Numbered from the stretch's first letter, positions 37,635-47,345 are shown. The stretch: DNA of 64,000 nt from a virus (IMGVR_UViG_3300042465_008100:1761-65760), one strand, 5' to 3'. The notes: generated by a model from the sequence alone, not told the origin. Made by a program: numbers and translations.

Positions 37635-38075
37635 TTATAAGTTTTGTTTTTTGTTATTATTCATATATTCTATTAAATATCTTATTTCAGATATTTCTTT
37701 ATCTAAACCTTCACTAAGTGACGATTTTGTGTTTATTTTTTTATGTTTTTCACCCCCATTATGGTTTGCATCTCTAGAGAGATTTGGCACACCTACTTCT
37801 GTTGGGTCTTTTTCTTTTTGATACGTATTGTTTGGGTTTGTATCTTTTTGTGTTTTTCTTCTAAGTTCATCAACTTTTCTTGTGTTATCAACTAACGTTT
37901 TAACTTCATTCATTCTTGAATCACCACCTAACCTATTATACTCAAAACAGTTTTTACTCTCAACACATGTTTTTTGTGCTTCTTTTAATCTAGATAACTC
38001 CATAGCATAGGCTTGGTGTTTTTTTATGTCACCATCCGATGTTTTAATTTGTTTATCTTTTATATTACTGTTCAT
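37635..38075 (-). CDS. Hypothetical protein
   Basis: 146-aa ORF coupled to the upstream gene (TAATG overlap). Confidence 0.65.
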   Translation of the reverse strand: MNSNIKDKQIKTSDGDIKKHQAYAMELSRLKEAQKTCVESKNCFEYNRLGGDSRMNEVKTLVDNTRKVDELRRKTQKDTNPNNTYQKEKDPTEVGVPNLSRDANHNGGEKHKKINTKSSLSEGLDKEISEIRYLIEYMNNNKKQNL

Positions 38076-38569
38076 TATATATTTTTTGTTTTATTTTCGT
38101 GTTTGTTAGAAATAGCTCTCATTATTTCATCAATTTGTGAATCGTTTAAATCCATTTCTGATAAACTATCCATTAACTTAGAAAATTTAGGATTATAGTT
38201 TTTTTCATTAATATCCGAATTCTTTCCTTTTTTAACCAAAACTTCCATTACTTCTTCTTCCAACTCTCTTTTTGTTTTCACAGTTTTTAAATCTGAAGAA
38301 TCATCTTCGTATAATCCAGTTAATGGTAATCCACTTCTGTTACCACCAAATGAATAAACAGCAAACCATGGGATATTTTGTCTGTATCTACTAAAAACTT
38401 TATCACCAGTTGTTGGAAAACCTTTTTTATAATTAGAATAATCATTAAATGGTTTATCAACTGGGCCAGTTTCAATTTCACTATCCCAAGTAGCATTTCT
38501 GTCACCCCCACTAGAATAGATATCACCACCAGCAAGTTCAGTCAATTCTTTTTTTGTCAATATTGCCAT
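38075..38569 (-). CDS. Hypothetical protein
   Basis: 164-aa ORF, first gene after a divergent ATATTTAT motif. Confidence 0.65.
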   Translation of the reverse strand: MAILTKKELTELAGGDIYSSGGDRNATWDSEIETGPVDKPFNDYSNYKKGFPTTGDKVFSRYRQNIPWFAVYSFGGNRSGLPLTGLYEDDSSDLKTVKTKRELEEEVMEVLVKKGKNSDINEKNYNPKFSKLMDSLSEMDLNDSQIDEIMRAISNKHENKTKNI

Positions 38570-38576
38570 AAATTCT

Positions 38577-38622
38577 TTTTTATTATAAATATATTGAAAA
38601 CATAGAATATTTATAATAAAAA
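38577..38622. promoter_or_regulatory. Back-to-back candidate late promoters (16-bp inverted repeat)
   Basis: TTTTTATTATAAATAT-N14-ATATTTATAATAAAAA; each arm points into one of the two divergent operons. Confidence 0.6.
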
Positions 38623-38631
38623 TAATAAAAG

Positions 38632-40713
38632 ATGGCTTTTAGAACAAAATTAGACTATTCAAGTAATAGACAAATAAAACAACACCTTGAAACTTTCACT
38701 TATTTATCTGGTGGAACCATATTTGGGCTACCATTTGACCAACTTCCAAGTGGTGCAAATTTAGAAACTAGTGCTATAACACAAACATATAATAATTATG
38801 TCAGTACTTTTTCTGGTAATAGTACAACAACTGTTTATACATGGTATGACAATGTAATGCAATTAGGTGCTTCTTCTTTAAGTGCTATAACACCATCAAA
38901 TTCTGGTGTAACACAAAACACTGGGCCAGTATTTACAGCTAATACAACAACTACAATTGATGGTAATGTTGTTGCTTTAAATTATAGTGGTGTTAGTTTT
39001 GATGTTACATGTCTTGCAATTTATGATTTAGGTGGTGGTGCTTATAGTGGTACTGTTAACACACCTACTTTATACATATTATCAGCAGAAACAACAGATT
39101 TTACTGGTAGAACAATATGGGTAGATGTTTCAGGGTTTACAAGAACACAAGATTTAATAATAACAAATAACCCTACAATTGGTTATGTTTGGACATGTGC
39201 TGATTCTGAAGGTAAAGGTTATTGGGCAGCTGGTGTGGCTGGTTCATCACTTTGGACAGCTGGTACAGGTAGTAATGCTGTGGTACTAGCAAATAGTATT
39301 GGTTACGCTAATGGTAATTTTTCAGTTTCTGAAGGATACAATACAAGTGCTTATGGTAATTTTTCACATGCTGAGGGGTTACAAACAACAGCTAATGGTG
39401 CTTCTTCACACGCTGAAGGGGGTACTACAACCGCTATTGGTGCTCAATCACACGCTGAAGGGGCTTATACCATAGCTGAAGGGTTGTCATCACATGCTGA
39501 GGGCAATGTTACCTACGCTAAAGGTACTCATTCACACGCTGAAGGTAGTGGTACTAGGGCTAGTGGTAACACGTCACATTCTGAAGGAACTAATACAACG
39601 GCTATTGGTACCGCTTCACACTCTGAAGGTAGTGGTACAACATCTAGTGGTAATTATTCACATAGTGAAGGTTGGGCAACAATTGCAAGTGGAAATTATT
39701 CGCATGCTGAAGGAGGGTATTCAACTAGTGGTACATACCCAACAAGAGCTGTTGGTAATGGCTCTCATGCTGAAGGGGCTTCTACGTATGCTTTTGGTAC
39801 TGCTTCACACTCTGAGGGTTTTGAAACAACTGCATATGGTAATAATTCACACGCTGAGGGTCAAAACACAACAGCTTTAGGTAGTGATTCACATGCTGGT
39901 GGTTATCTATCAGTTGCTAGTGGTAACACATCTTTTGTTCATGGTAGTGGTAGTACAGCTGGTGGTGTAAACACAATAGTTTTGGGTGCTAATATAACTG
40001 GTATAACAGATAACACAACATATGTTGATTATTTGAATGTAAGTCGTGTCTTATCAACAGCTTTTGCTAATGATATTAGAATTGATGCAAGCGGTAATTT
40101 AACAACTAATACATCAGATGAAAGACTTAAAGAAAATATTAACCATTTAACTGGTGCTTTAGATAAAGTTAAAAGCTTACAAGGCGTTACTTATCAATGG
40201 AAAGATAGAAATGCTGGTGGTGACGCTGTTAGGTTAGGTTTTATCGCACAGCAAGTTGAACAAGTGGAACCACTTCTTGTTTTTACAAATAATAATGATG
40301 AAAATAAATATAAAGGTTTACATATTGACGGTATAATACCTTTATTAGTTGAGGCTGTAAAAGAATTGTCTAGTGGTTCAACAATTAATAATGGTATCGA
40401 AACACAAACAATATTAGCTGAAGATAATAATATCGATTTAAACTACAACGGAACACAACAAACTGCTATTGATGGTGGTATTAGAGTTTTACACGCAAAA
40501 GGTGTTGATTTATCAGCAGATTTTATAACTGATGAAAATGGTGATTGGGTTACAAATAACGATTTAAAACCAAATTCACTAACAATACCAGAATACACAC
40601 CAATATCGTCAAGTGATACAAATGGTAATGTTGGTAATATAACTAGAGATGATGATTATTTATATGTAAAAACAGTAAATGGTTGGAAACGAACTAATTT
40701 AGAAAGCTTTTAA
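38632..40713 (+). CDS. Tail fibre/spike with YadA-head-like SHAEG repeats and peptidase S74 intramolecular chaperone
   Basis: About 13 14-aa SH(A/S)EG repeats; TSDERLKENI...GVTYQWK...GFIAQQVE...LLVEAVKEL. Confidence 0.85.
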   Translation: MAFRTKLDYSSNRQIKQHLETFTYLSGGTIFGLPFDQLPSGANLETSAITQTYNNYVSTFSGNSTTTVYTWYDNVMQLGASSLSAITPSNSGVTQNTGPVFTANTTTTIDGNVVALNYSGVSFDVTCLAIYDLGGGAYSGTVNTPTLYILSAETTDFTGRTIWVDVSGFTRTQDLIITNNPTIGYVWTCADSEGKGYWAAGVAGSSLWTAGTGSNAVVLANSIGYANGNFSVSEGYNTSAYGNFSHAEGLQTTANGASSHAEGGTTTAIGAQSHAEGAYTIAEGLSSHAEGNVTYAKGTHSHAEGSGTRASGNTSHSEGTNTTAIGTASHSEGSGTTSSGNYSHSEGWATIASGNYSHAEGGYSTSGTYPTRAVGNGSHAEGASTYAFGTASHSEGFETTAYGNNSHAEGQNTTALGSDSHAGGYLSVASGNTSFVHGSGSTAGGVNTIVLGANITGITDNTTYVDYLNVSRVLSTAFANDIRIDASGNLTTNTSDERLKENINHLTGALDKVKSLQGVTYQWKDRNAGGDAVRLGFIAQQVEQVEPLLVFTNNNDENKYKGLHIDGIIPLLVEAVKELSSGSTINNGIETQTILAEDNNIDLNYNGTQQTAIDGGIRVLHAKGVDLSADFITDENGDWVTNNDLKPNSLTIPEYTPISSSDTNGNVGNITRDDDYLYVKTVNGWKRTNLESF
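39320..39950 (+). repeat. 42-nt (14-aa) coding tandem repeats, SH(A/S)EG
   Basis: Recurrent tcaca(t/c)gctgaagg at a mostly 42-nt period. Confidence 0.85.
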
Positions 40714-40715
40714 TA

Positions 40716-42683
40716 ATGGGTAATATTAAAAATTATGAATTTAGAAGAATTGATTTAAGATTATCACATAGTGATTATTGGGATTTCTTCTTAGCAAACG
40801 ATAAAGGTTCGCCAAATACTGATATTATAACAAGTGGTGATTGTTTTGTTGTTTGGTATGACTTTAATAACCCAAATATTTACGAAAATAGTAATACTGA
40901 TACGATATACAGTTTAGTACATTGGACTGGTGCCACAAATACTGGTTATACATTTGACACAATAGGTTTAACGGGTATTGATAATGGGTTAATAACTTTT
41001 GAGAAAGACCCTTCAGATTTAACAAATCAAGCATTAGTTAATGCTTTGACTGGTTCAACTCTTTTTATAACATCTGGTGATACTAGAATGGTTATGAATA
41101 GAGTTACTGGCACCACTGGAGATTTTATTTACCCAATTGATTTGGTTTCGGATGTTTCTGGTTCATATGCTCAATTATGTGGTGGTTTTTATCAAGGATA
41201 TTATAAAATAGATGGTTATGATTATGAAGTATTACCAACAAGAGTTAATCAATCATGGTCAGCAGAATTTTGGTTAAAACCAAGTGATGTTTGTTCTGGT
41301 TATACCGCAACAACATTAAATGATGAATACCCAAATAATAAAGGATTTTTCTTTTATATGGGTACAAGAGCTGAAAACAAATTTTGGGATATATGGTATG
41401 GTGCTGATACTGGTTGTACGAGTGCTTGTACCACAACATATTGTACTAGTGGTGAAACTGTTAGTGAATGGTGTACAATACCAAAAGAAAATGAAGTATC
41501 GATAATTGGTGACTATAATGTTTTGATACCATTAGACCCACCACAAGTTGAGATTGATTTAGTTACAAATCCATTTTTGATTTATGGTAGAGCATGTGAT
41601 ACTGGTTATCAAGCATTTGGTAGAGAAGGTGTTTCTTTCTTAACTGATGAAAATGGTGATTTTGTTATATCTGAAGATGGGTTTAATATTGCTTTATCAG
41701 ATTATGACCCATATGTTTATTCAGATACACCAAACCCTAATTCTGGTAGTACATCATGTTCATGTAGTCGTGGTTGTTCAGCTTGTAAAAGAAATCATGA
41801 TGGTTTAGGTACAAAAAATGTATATACATATAGTGGTGGTGGTATTGTAGTTGTTACAACAGCAAAAGAAAAAGTGAATTTCCAAAACCCATTTTTAATT
41901 TATGGTCGTGGTGGTAATGGTTCTTGTTTATATTATAGATGCACTGGACCAAATGATGGTCTTGCAAAAGATACTGTTTGTAGTTTTAGTGGATTTACTG
42001 AACCTTTAGACCGAATAGATTATAATTTAGATATCATTGACAACGCAATTGGTTTTAGAATAAAAGATGATGGTAGTATTGGTTATAGATTATTAACAGT
42101 TACTGGTAGTTGTGTGACAAATAGTGATGGCAACAGAACATATGTTAGCGGTGCAACAATTGAAGAGAATTATTCTCTTTCTGGTATGGTTAAACCTAAT
42201 GAATGGTCTTATGTTGTTGTTAAATTTGTAACTGATTATAAAGATGATTGTGATTTGAAAATTTCAAAACCTAGAAAAGGAAAATTATTGTTTTATGTTA
42301 ACGCAAAATTAAAACACGTTGTTAATGATTTTGATGAATTTATCGCAAGAAGATTAAACGAATATAAAGATAAACAAATAGGTGTACCATTTAATTTTAG
42401 TTTAGGTGGTGGTAGTCAAGGTTTAGTTGAAAGTCAAACATTTGGTGGTTTAGATTTAAATGATAGGGGGTTACCAATACAAGAAAATTTTGCTGGAACA
42501 TTTATAGGTGGTATATCTCAATTCAAATTTAATATTTGTGACTTAAACTATTACAATATTGTAGAAAATTACAATAATGATTCAGGAAAATATAGCCCAC
42601 AACCAATAAATCCATCGGTTCTTACTGATGAAGATGGAAATGTTATAATTTCTGAAGACGGAAACCCTATTTTAATCCCATAA
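40716..42683 (+). CDS. Virion protein with concanavalin A/LamG-like domain and Cys-rich insertions
   Basis: WSAEFWLKP, LLFYVNAKL, FSLGGG, FIGGISQFKF; several Cys clusters. Confidence 0.6.
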   Translation: MGNIKNYEFRRIDLRLSHSDYWDFFLANDKGSPNTDIITSGDCFVVWYDFNNPNIYENSNTDTIYSLVHWTGATNTGYTFDTIGLTGIDNGLITFEKDPSDLTNQALVNALTGSTLFITSGDTRMVMNRVTGTTGDFIYPIDLVSDVSGSYAQLCGGFYQGYYKIDGYDYEVLPTRVNQSWSAEFWLKPSDVCSGYTATTLNDEYPNNKGFFFYMGTRAENKFWDIWYGADTGCTSACTTTYCTSGETVSEWCTIPKENEVSIIGDYNVLIPLDPPQVEIDLVTNPFLIYGRACDTGYQAFGREGVSFLTDENGDFVISEDGFNIALSDYDPYVYSDTPNPNSGSTSCSCSRGCSACKRNHDGLGTKNVYTYSGGGIVVVTTAKEKVNFQNPFLIYGRGGNGSCLYYRCTGPNDGLAKDTVCSFSGFTEPLDRIDYNLDIIDNAIGFRIKDDGSIGYRLLTVTGSCVTNSDGNRTYVSGATIEENYSLSGMVKPNEWSYVVVKFVTDYKDDCDLKISKPRKGKLLFYVNAKLKHVVNDFDEFIARRLNEYKDKQIGVPFNFSLGGGSQGLVESQTFGGLDLNDRGLPIQENFAGTFIGGISQFKFNICDLNYYNIVENYNNDSGKYSPQPINPSVLTDEDGNVIISEDGNPILIP

Positions 42684-42707
42684 GATATATTTATAAATAA
42701 AAAAGAC

Positions 42708-43154
42708 ATGGCAAATAAAACAATTTCTCAATTTAGTTCTGATTCTGGATTAACAGGTACTGAATTATTTCTTATAATGGATAGTGGTGTCACTAAAAAT
42801 GTTGTTCTTAGCTCAGTTAAAACATTTGTTTTAAGTGGTTCATCATTTAGTGGTGGTACTGTTAGTGGTTCTACAAATTTTATAAGTGGTCTATCAGCAA
42901 CCACAGTATCAGCTACTACTTATCAAAATTTACCTATAAGTGGGTTAACAGCTGGGTCAAATATTAGTATAAGCGGAAATAATGGTAATCAAACTATATC
43001 ATTTACAGGTTCAACCAGTTTAACATTTATTGGTGGCAACGCACCAACACAATCTAGTAGTAGTGGTAACGAGGGTAATATAATAGTTAATAATGGCTTT
43101 TTATATTATTATTCAAATGGTGGTTGGTTACGTTTAACTGGTTCAATATTTTAA
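42708..43154 (+). CDS. Short fibre-like protein
   Basis: MANKTISQF..LTGTELF N-terminus; shares the SATTYQNLPISGLTAGSNI module with the 52320 ORF and a C-terminal motif with the 38632 ORF. Confidence 0.65.
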   Translation: MANKTISQFSSDSGLTGTELFLIMDSGVTKNVVLSSVKTFVLSGSSFSGGTVSGSTNFISGLSATTVSATTYQNLPISGLTAGSNISISGNNGNQTISFTGSTSLTFIGGNAPTQSSSSGNEGNIIVNNGFLYYYSNGGWLRLTGSIF

Positions 43155-43166
43155 TTATTAACAGAT

Positions 43167-43538
43167 ATGGAGTTCAACATAAATAAAGATTCTACGCTTC
43201 CTGTGTTAAAATTAGAGTTAATACAGGATGGTAGAAATGACTTTTATAAGTTTCACGAAAAGATACAAAATGCTAATATATATTTTAGCATGGCTGATGT
43301 TATTACAGGTGTTAGAAGGATATCAAAAAAAATAACTTCTATCGAGCAAGTACAACCAGATAGTTGTGTTGGTCCAGAATTTTATATTACTTATCAATTC
43401 ACAACAAAAGATACATCAGTTGCTGGTAGATATGTCGGGCAATTTGAAATTGTTTTCTTAGACGGTTCAGGGACGCTATTAGTCCCAATACAAGAAGAAC
43501 TATTTATTAACATTTTGGAGGGTTCAATTAAAAAATAG
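43167..43538 (+). CDS. BppU-N-like baseplate/fibre attachment protein
   Basis: FNINKDSTLPVL...YQFTTKDTSVAGRYVGQFEI.F.DG..L.VP Ig-like pattern. Confidence 0.6.
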   Translation: MEFNINKDSTLPVLKLELIQDGRNDFYKFHEKIQNANIYFSMADVITGVRRISKKITSIEQVQPDSCVGPEFYITYQFTTKDTSVAGRYVGQFEIVFLDGSGTLLVPIQEELFINILEGSIKK

Positions 43539-43637
43539 TTGCAACTTAAAAAATAAAAATGTAACTTTGTATATATACAAAGTTAAAAAAATATATCCCA
43601 ATTTTATTGTTAAAAAATAATATGCAACGTATATTTG
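43539..43637 (+). promoter_or_regulatory. Two tandem Bacteroidota-type promoters upstream of DNA polymerase, with a 24-bp palindrome
   Basis: TTG(43539)-N20-TAACTTTG and TTG(43607)-N20-TATATTTG; perfect palindrome TAACTTTGTATATATACAAAGTTA at 43562-43585. Confidence 0.65.
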
Positions 43638-43652
43638 TATAAAAAAATTAAT

Positions 43653-46600
43653 ATGCCTAAAAGTAAAGTTAGTAATGAAAGGATTGAATCTTTCTTACAG
43701 GGTACTGACCCTCAAATGTACATAGTTGCAATAGAATCTTACTACGATAAACCAGAAGTAACTTTAATTATTAATGAACCAGATTCAGAAAAAAGATTAG
43801 AAACAGCTTATTATAAGCCATTCTTATGGTTTAAAGAAGAGGTTACAACATTGTTATATGGTGGTAGTAGACAAAAAATAATCCAACAACAAACTAAATA
43901 CGGTGTTAAGTTAAAAAAATTAACAACATCAAATGAAGATGGTTATACACCAGATAGAATGGAAAATGGTTATAAGTTTTTGGCAACATGCACAAAATCA
44001 TATAATGATTTAATATATTTCTTTAAAGAGGGTGGTATCGATATTTTCCATGCAGATTTTTCTAAATTATTTGTTATGTTCAGCCCAACTGAACAATTTA
44101 TGATTCAAACAGGTAAAAGATTATTTAAAGGGTTTGAAGATTATGATGATTTGCATAGATTCCAGTTTGACTTGGAAACAGAAGGATTATTTGCTAGCAA
44201 AAATGCAATATTCCAAATAGGTGTTAGGGATAACAAAGGTTTTGAGGGTGTGCTCGAAACAATTGGTGAAGACGGGTATGAAAGAAGAAACGCTGAACGT
44301 AAAAATATTAGTAATTTCTTTAAAATAATCGATGAAATTAAACCAGACATTATAACTGGTTATAACTCTGAAAACTTTGACTGGCCTTTTATATTTGAAA
44401 GAGCCGAAAGATTATCAATGTCAATAACGAGTGTCGCAAGGACATTGCATATGGCATCAAAAATAAAAAGAAAGCCATCAACATTAAAATTAGGTGGTGA
44501 AACTGAATCGTATAATCAAACACATATGTTTGGGTATAACATTCTTGATGTGTCACATGCTGTTAGACGAGCAATGGCTATTAACTCAGAAATTAAAGGT
44601 TGGGGTTTGAAATACATTACCAAGTATTCTGAAATAGCAAAACCAAACAGGGTCTATGTTCCAGGTGATAAAATCAATTCAACATGGGCTGATAAAGTCA
44701 ATCAATACGCTTTTAATGAATCAAATGGTGATTGGTATAAGATAACAACCAAAACCCCGTTAAAAGAAGGATATGTTATTAAAACAGGTGCCTTTATTGT
44801 ACAAAGGTATCTATGTGATGACTTATGGGAAACAGAACAAATTGATAACATATATAATCAGGCAAGTTTCTTGATTTCAAAAATGTTACCAACATCATTT
44901 ATGCGTTCATCTACAATGGGTACAGCTGGTCAATGGAAATTAATCATGGCCGCATGGTCATATGAAAATGGTTTGGCCATACCAGAAACACAGAAAAAAA
45001 GAGAATTTACTGGTGGTCTTTCTAGGTTATTAGAAGTAGGTTACGCAAAAAACGTTGTTAAATTAGACTTTGCTGCACTATACCCTAAAACACAGCTAAC
45101 ACACGATATATTCCCAGATTTGGATATATCTGGGGTTATGGAAGGTATGCTTACATATGTTGTTGATACAAGGGATAAGTTTAAATTCTTAACAGGTTCT
45201 GAAAAGAAAAAAGCAAAAAAGTTACAATCATATCTTGAAGAGAATAAAGACTCATTATCAAAAGAGGAAATCGAAAAAATAAAAAAAGAAATATCAGAAC
45301 ATAAAGCATTAGCTAATTTATATGATAAAAAACAATTACCTTTGAAGATATTAGCAAACTCATGGTTTGGTTCATATGGTGCACCTTATATCTTTAATTG
45401 GGGTGACACGGATTCAGCTGAAGAAACAACATGTCGTGGTCGTCAATATTTAAGGTTGATGGTTAAGCACTTCACAGAAAAACATGGTTTTAGAGCACTA
45501 GTTGGTGATACCGATGGTTTTAACTTTGCATTTCCAGATAATATCGATGATATTAAATATTTAGCAAAAGGTAATCACTGGAAAACTGAAAATGATGGTG
45601 GTAAAGAATTAGTTGGGTTAGATGCTGTATTAGCCGAATTTAATGAAAACTACATGGAAGGCAGAATGGGTCTTGATATTGATGATATCTGTAACTCAAC
45701 AATTAACTTTGCCAGAAAAAACTATGCAAATGATATTGGCGGTAAAATTAAATTAGTTGGTAACTCTGTGAAATCTAAAAAAATGTCGGTTTATATTGAA
45801 GAATTTTTAGGTAAGGGTATTAGGATGTTATTAGATGGTGATGGGTATTCATTTATTAAGTTTTATTATGAATACGTTGATAAAATATATAATTATCAAA
45901 TCCCATTGGTTAAAATAGCATCAAAGGCTAAGATTAAATCAAATGTACAAGACTATTTGAAGAAATCTAAAATGAAAAATAAAGCTGGTAATCCAATGCC
46001 AAAACAAGCGCATATGGAATTAGCAATAAGAAATAATTTAGATATTACTTTAGGGGATGTGTTGTATTATATCAATATAGGTACATCAAAATCACATGGT
46101 GATTTAAAAACTGTTGATAAAAATAAAATGACCAAAAAAGAAAGGGAAGAATATTTTAAACAACACGGTGAATACCCAGCGCCAAATAAAGTGGTTGAAT
46201 TAAATTGTAAGTTAATCAATCCAGATATCGTTGAACGTGATTTTGAATTAATCAAAGAACACGAAATGATGAAAAAAGCGTTAGATAAGTCTGATGAAAT
46301 GAAAGAGGATGAAATCGCAGATATTAAGAAAAGAATTAATGATATTGATTCTCAATTGTATACTGATGAATATAATGTTGCTAGATATTTGGATGCGTTT
46401 AATAAAAAAGTAAAACCATTATTGGTTTGTTTTTCACCTGAAATAAGAGATAACATATTGTTAACGATTGTAAAAGTAAAAGACAAAGCAACCAAAAAAA
46501 CATATGAAGTATTAAAAGAGCGTAATTTTTTCACAAAGAAAGATTGTGAACTTGTTTCTGGTAAACCATTTAAAGAAACTGACCAAGATTCATATGCGGA

Positions 46601-47345
46601 ACTTATGACAATGGAAGATAAGGAGATTAAATTCTGGGATAAAGTTAATAAGATTCCAAATAACATGGATGAAGAAACATGGTATGCGTTAAGAGATGAT
46701 TATCGTGAAAGAATGGAAATCGAAAAGGCAGAGGGTATTGCTCATGAAAAAGAAAGATTAGATGAAATATTTAAACGATTAGAGGTTTATGATTTTGAAA
46801 ACGAAAATTTACCATTAGAAATTAAATTAACATGTGACATAAGTGAAGACTCTTACTTTGTTTCTAAAAAATGGGGTGAAAAATTATGTCCAATAACAGA
46901 TTTGTTTAAATACGAAAAAGATGCTATCGAGAGAGATAAATATTATAAGTTATCCAACACTGAAAAAGATGATGATAGATATGAGCAATGGTTAATGTAT
47001 TTGTCAGAAATGGAAGTATTGACTGGTAAAACACAAAATGATTTAATGTCTAAAAAAATTATAGACAAAGAAAAAATATCTAAAACTATTATCAAAACAA
47101 TAAACGAATTCAAACCAGAAACTGTAGAGAAAAAGAAAAAAGTATACAGTGAAAACGGTGATGAAGACGAAGATGGTTTAGAAGAAGATGAAGATGGTAA
47201 TATCATCAGAAAAGATGAAGAATTATTCTTAGATGATGAATTTGACGATACATTCGCTGAAATGCCAGATGACTATATCATTGAAGAACAATCAACGGAA
47301 TTAATCGAAGAAGAAAAAGAAGAAGAGGATGAATGGGGTTTTTAG
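43653..47345 (+). CDS. polB: Family B DNA polymerase with 3'-5' exonuclease
   Basis: ExoI FDLETE, ExoII GYNSENFDWPFI, motif A DFAALYP, motif B KILANSWFG, motif C GDTDG, RKNYA; acidic tail. Start reassigned to MPKSK. Confidence 0.95.
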   Translation: MPKSKVSNERIESFLQGTDPQMYIVAIESYYDKPEVTLIINEPDSEKRLETAYYKPFLWFKEEVTTLLYGGSRQKIIQQQTKYGVKLKKLTTSNEDGYTPDRMENGYKFLATCTKSYNDLIYFFKEGGIDIFHADFSKLFVMFSPTEQFMIQTGKRLFKGFEDYDDLHRFQFDLETEGLFASKNAIFQIGVRDNKGFEGVLETIGEDGYERRNAERKNISNFFKIIDEIKPDIITGYNSENFDWPFIFERAERLSMSITSVARTLHMASKIKRKPSTLKLGGETESYNQTHMFGYNILDVSHAVRRAMAINSEIKGWGLKYITKYSEIAKPNRVYVPGDKINSTWADKVNQYAFNESNGDWYKITTKTPLKEGYVIKTGAFIVQRYLCDDLWETEQIDNIYNQASFLISKMLPTSFMRSSTMGTAGQWKLIMAAWSYENGLAIPETQKKREFTGGLSRLLEVGYAKNVVKLDFAALYPKTQLTHDIFPDLDISGVMEGMLTYVVDTRDKFKFLTGSEKKKAKKLQSYLEENKDSLSKEEIEKIKKEISEHKALANLYDKKQLPLKILANSWFGSYGAPYIFNWGDTDSAEETTCRGRQYLRLMVKHFTEKHGFRALVGDTDGFNFAFPDNIDDIKYLAKGNHWKTENDGGKELVGLDAVLAEFNENYMEGRMGLDIDDICNSTINFARKNYANDIGGKIKLVGNSVKSKKMSVYIEEFLGKGIRMLLDGDGYSFIKFYYEYVDKIYNYQIPLVKIASKAKIKSNVQDYLKKSKMKNKAGNPMPKQAHMELAIRNNLDITLGDVLYYINIGTSKSHGDLKTVDKNKMTKKEREEYFKQHGEYPAPNKVVELNCKLINPDIVERDFELIKEHEMMKKALDKSDEMKEDEIADIKKRINDIDSQLYTDEYNVARYLDAFNKKVKPLLVCFSPEIRDNILLTIVKVKDKATKKTYEVLKERNFFTKKDCELVSGKPFKETDQDSYAELMTMEDKEIKFWDKVNKIPNNMDEETWYALRDDYRERMEIEKAEGIAHEKERLDEIFKRLEVYDFENENLPLEIKLTCDISEDSYFVSKKWGEKLCPITDLFKYEKDAIERDKYYKLSNTEKDDDRYEQWLMYLSEMEVLTGKTQNDLMSKKIIDKEKISKTIIKTINEFKPETVEKKKKVYSENGDEDEDGLEEDEDGNIIRKDEELFLDDEFDDTFAEMPDDYIIEEQSTELIEEEKEEEDEWGF

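Noticed and set aside
39320-39950. Regular 42-nt periodic repeats resembling a CRISPR array
   Set aside because: Repeats are degenerate at third codon positions, are in frame within a fibre gene, and there are no cas genes.
42681-42710. In-frame TAA readthrough fusing the 40716 and 42708 ORFs
   Set aside because: The 24-nt spacer is open and in frame, but this is a roughly one-in-three coincidence and the spacer has its own ATATTTAT motif and A-rich leader.
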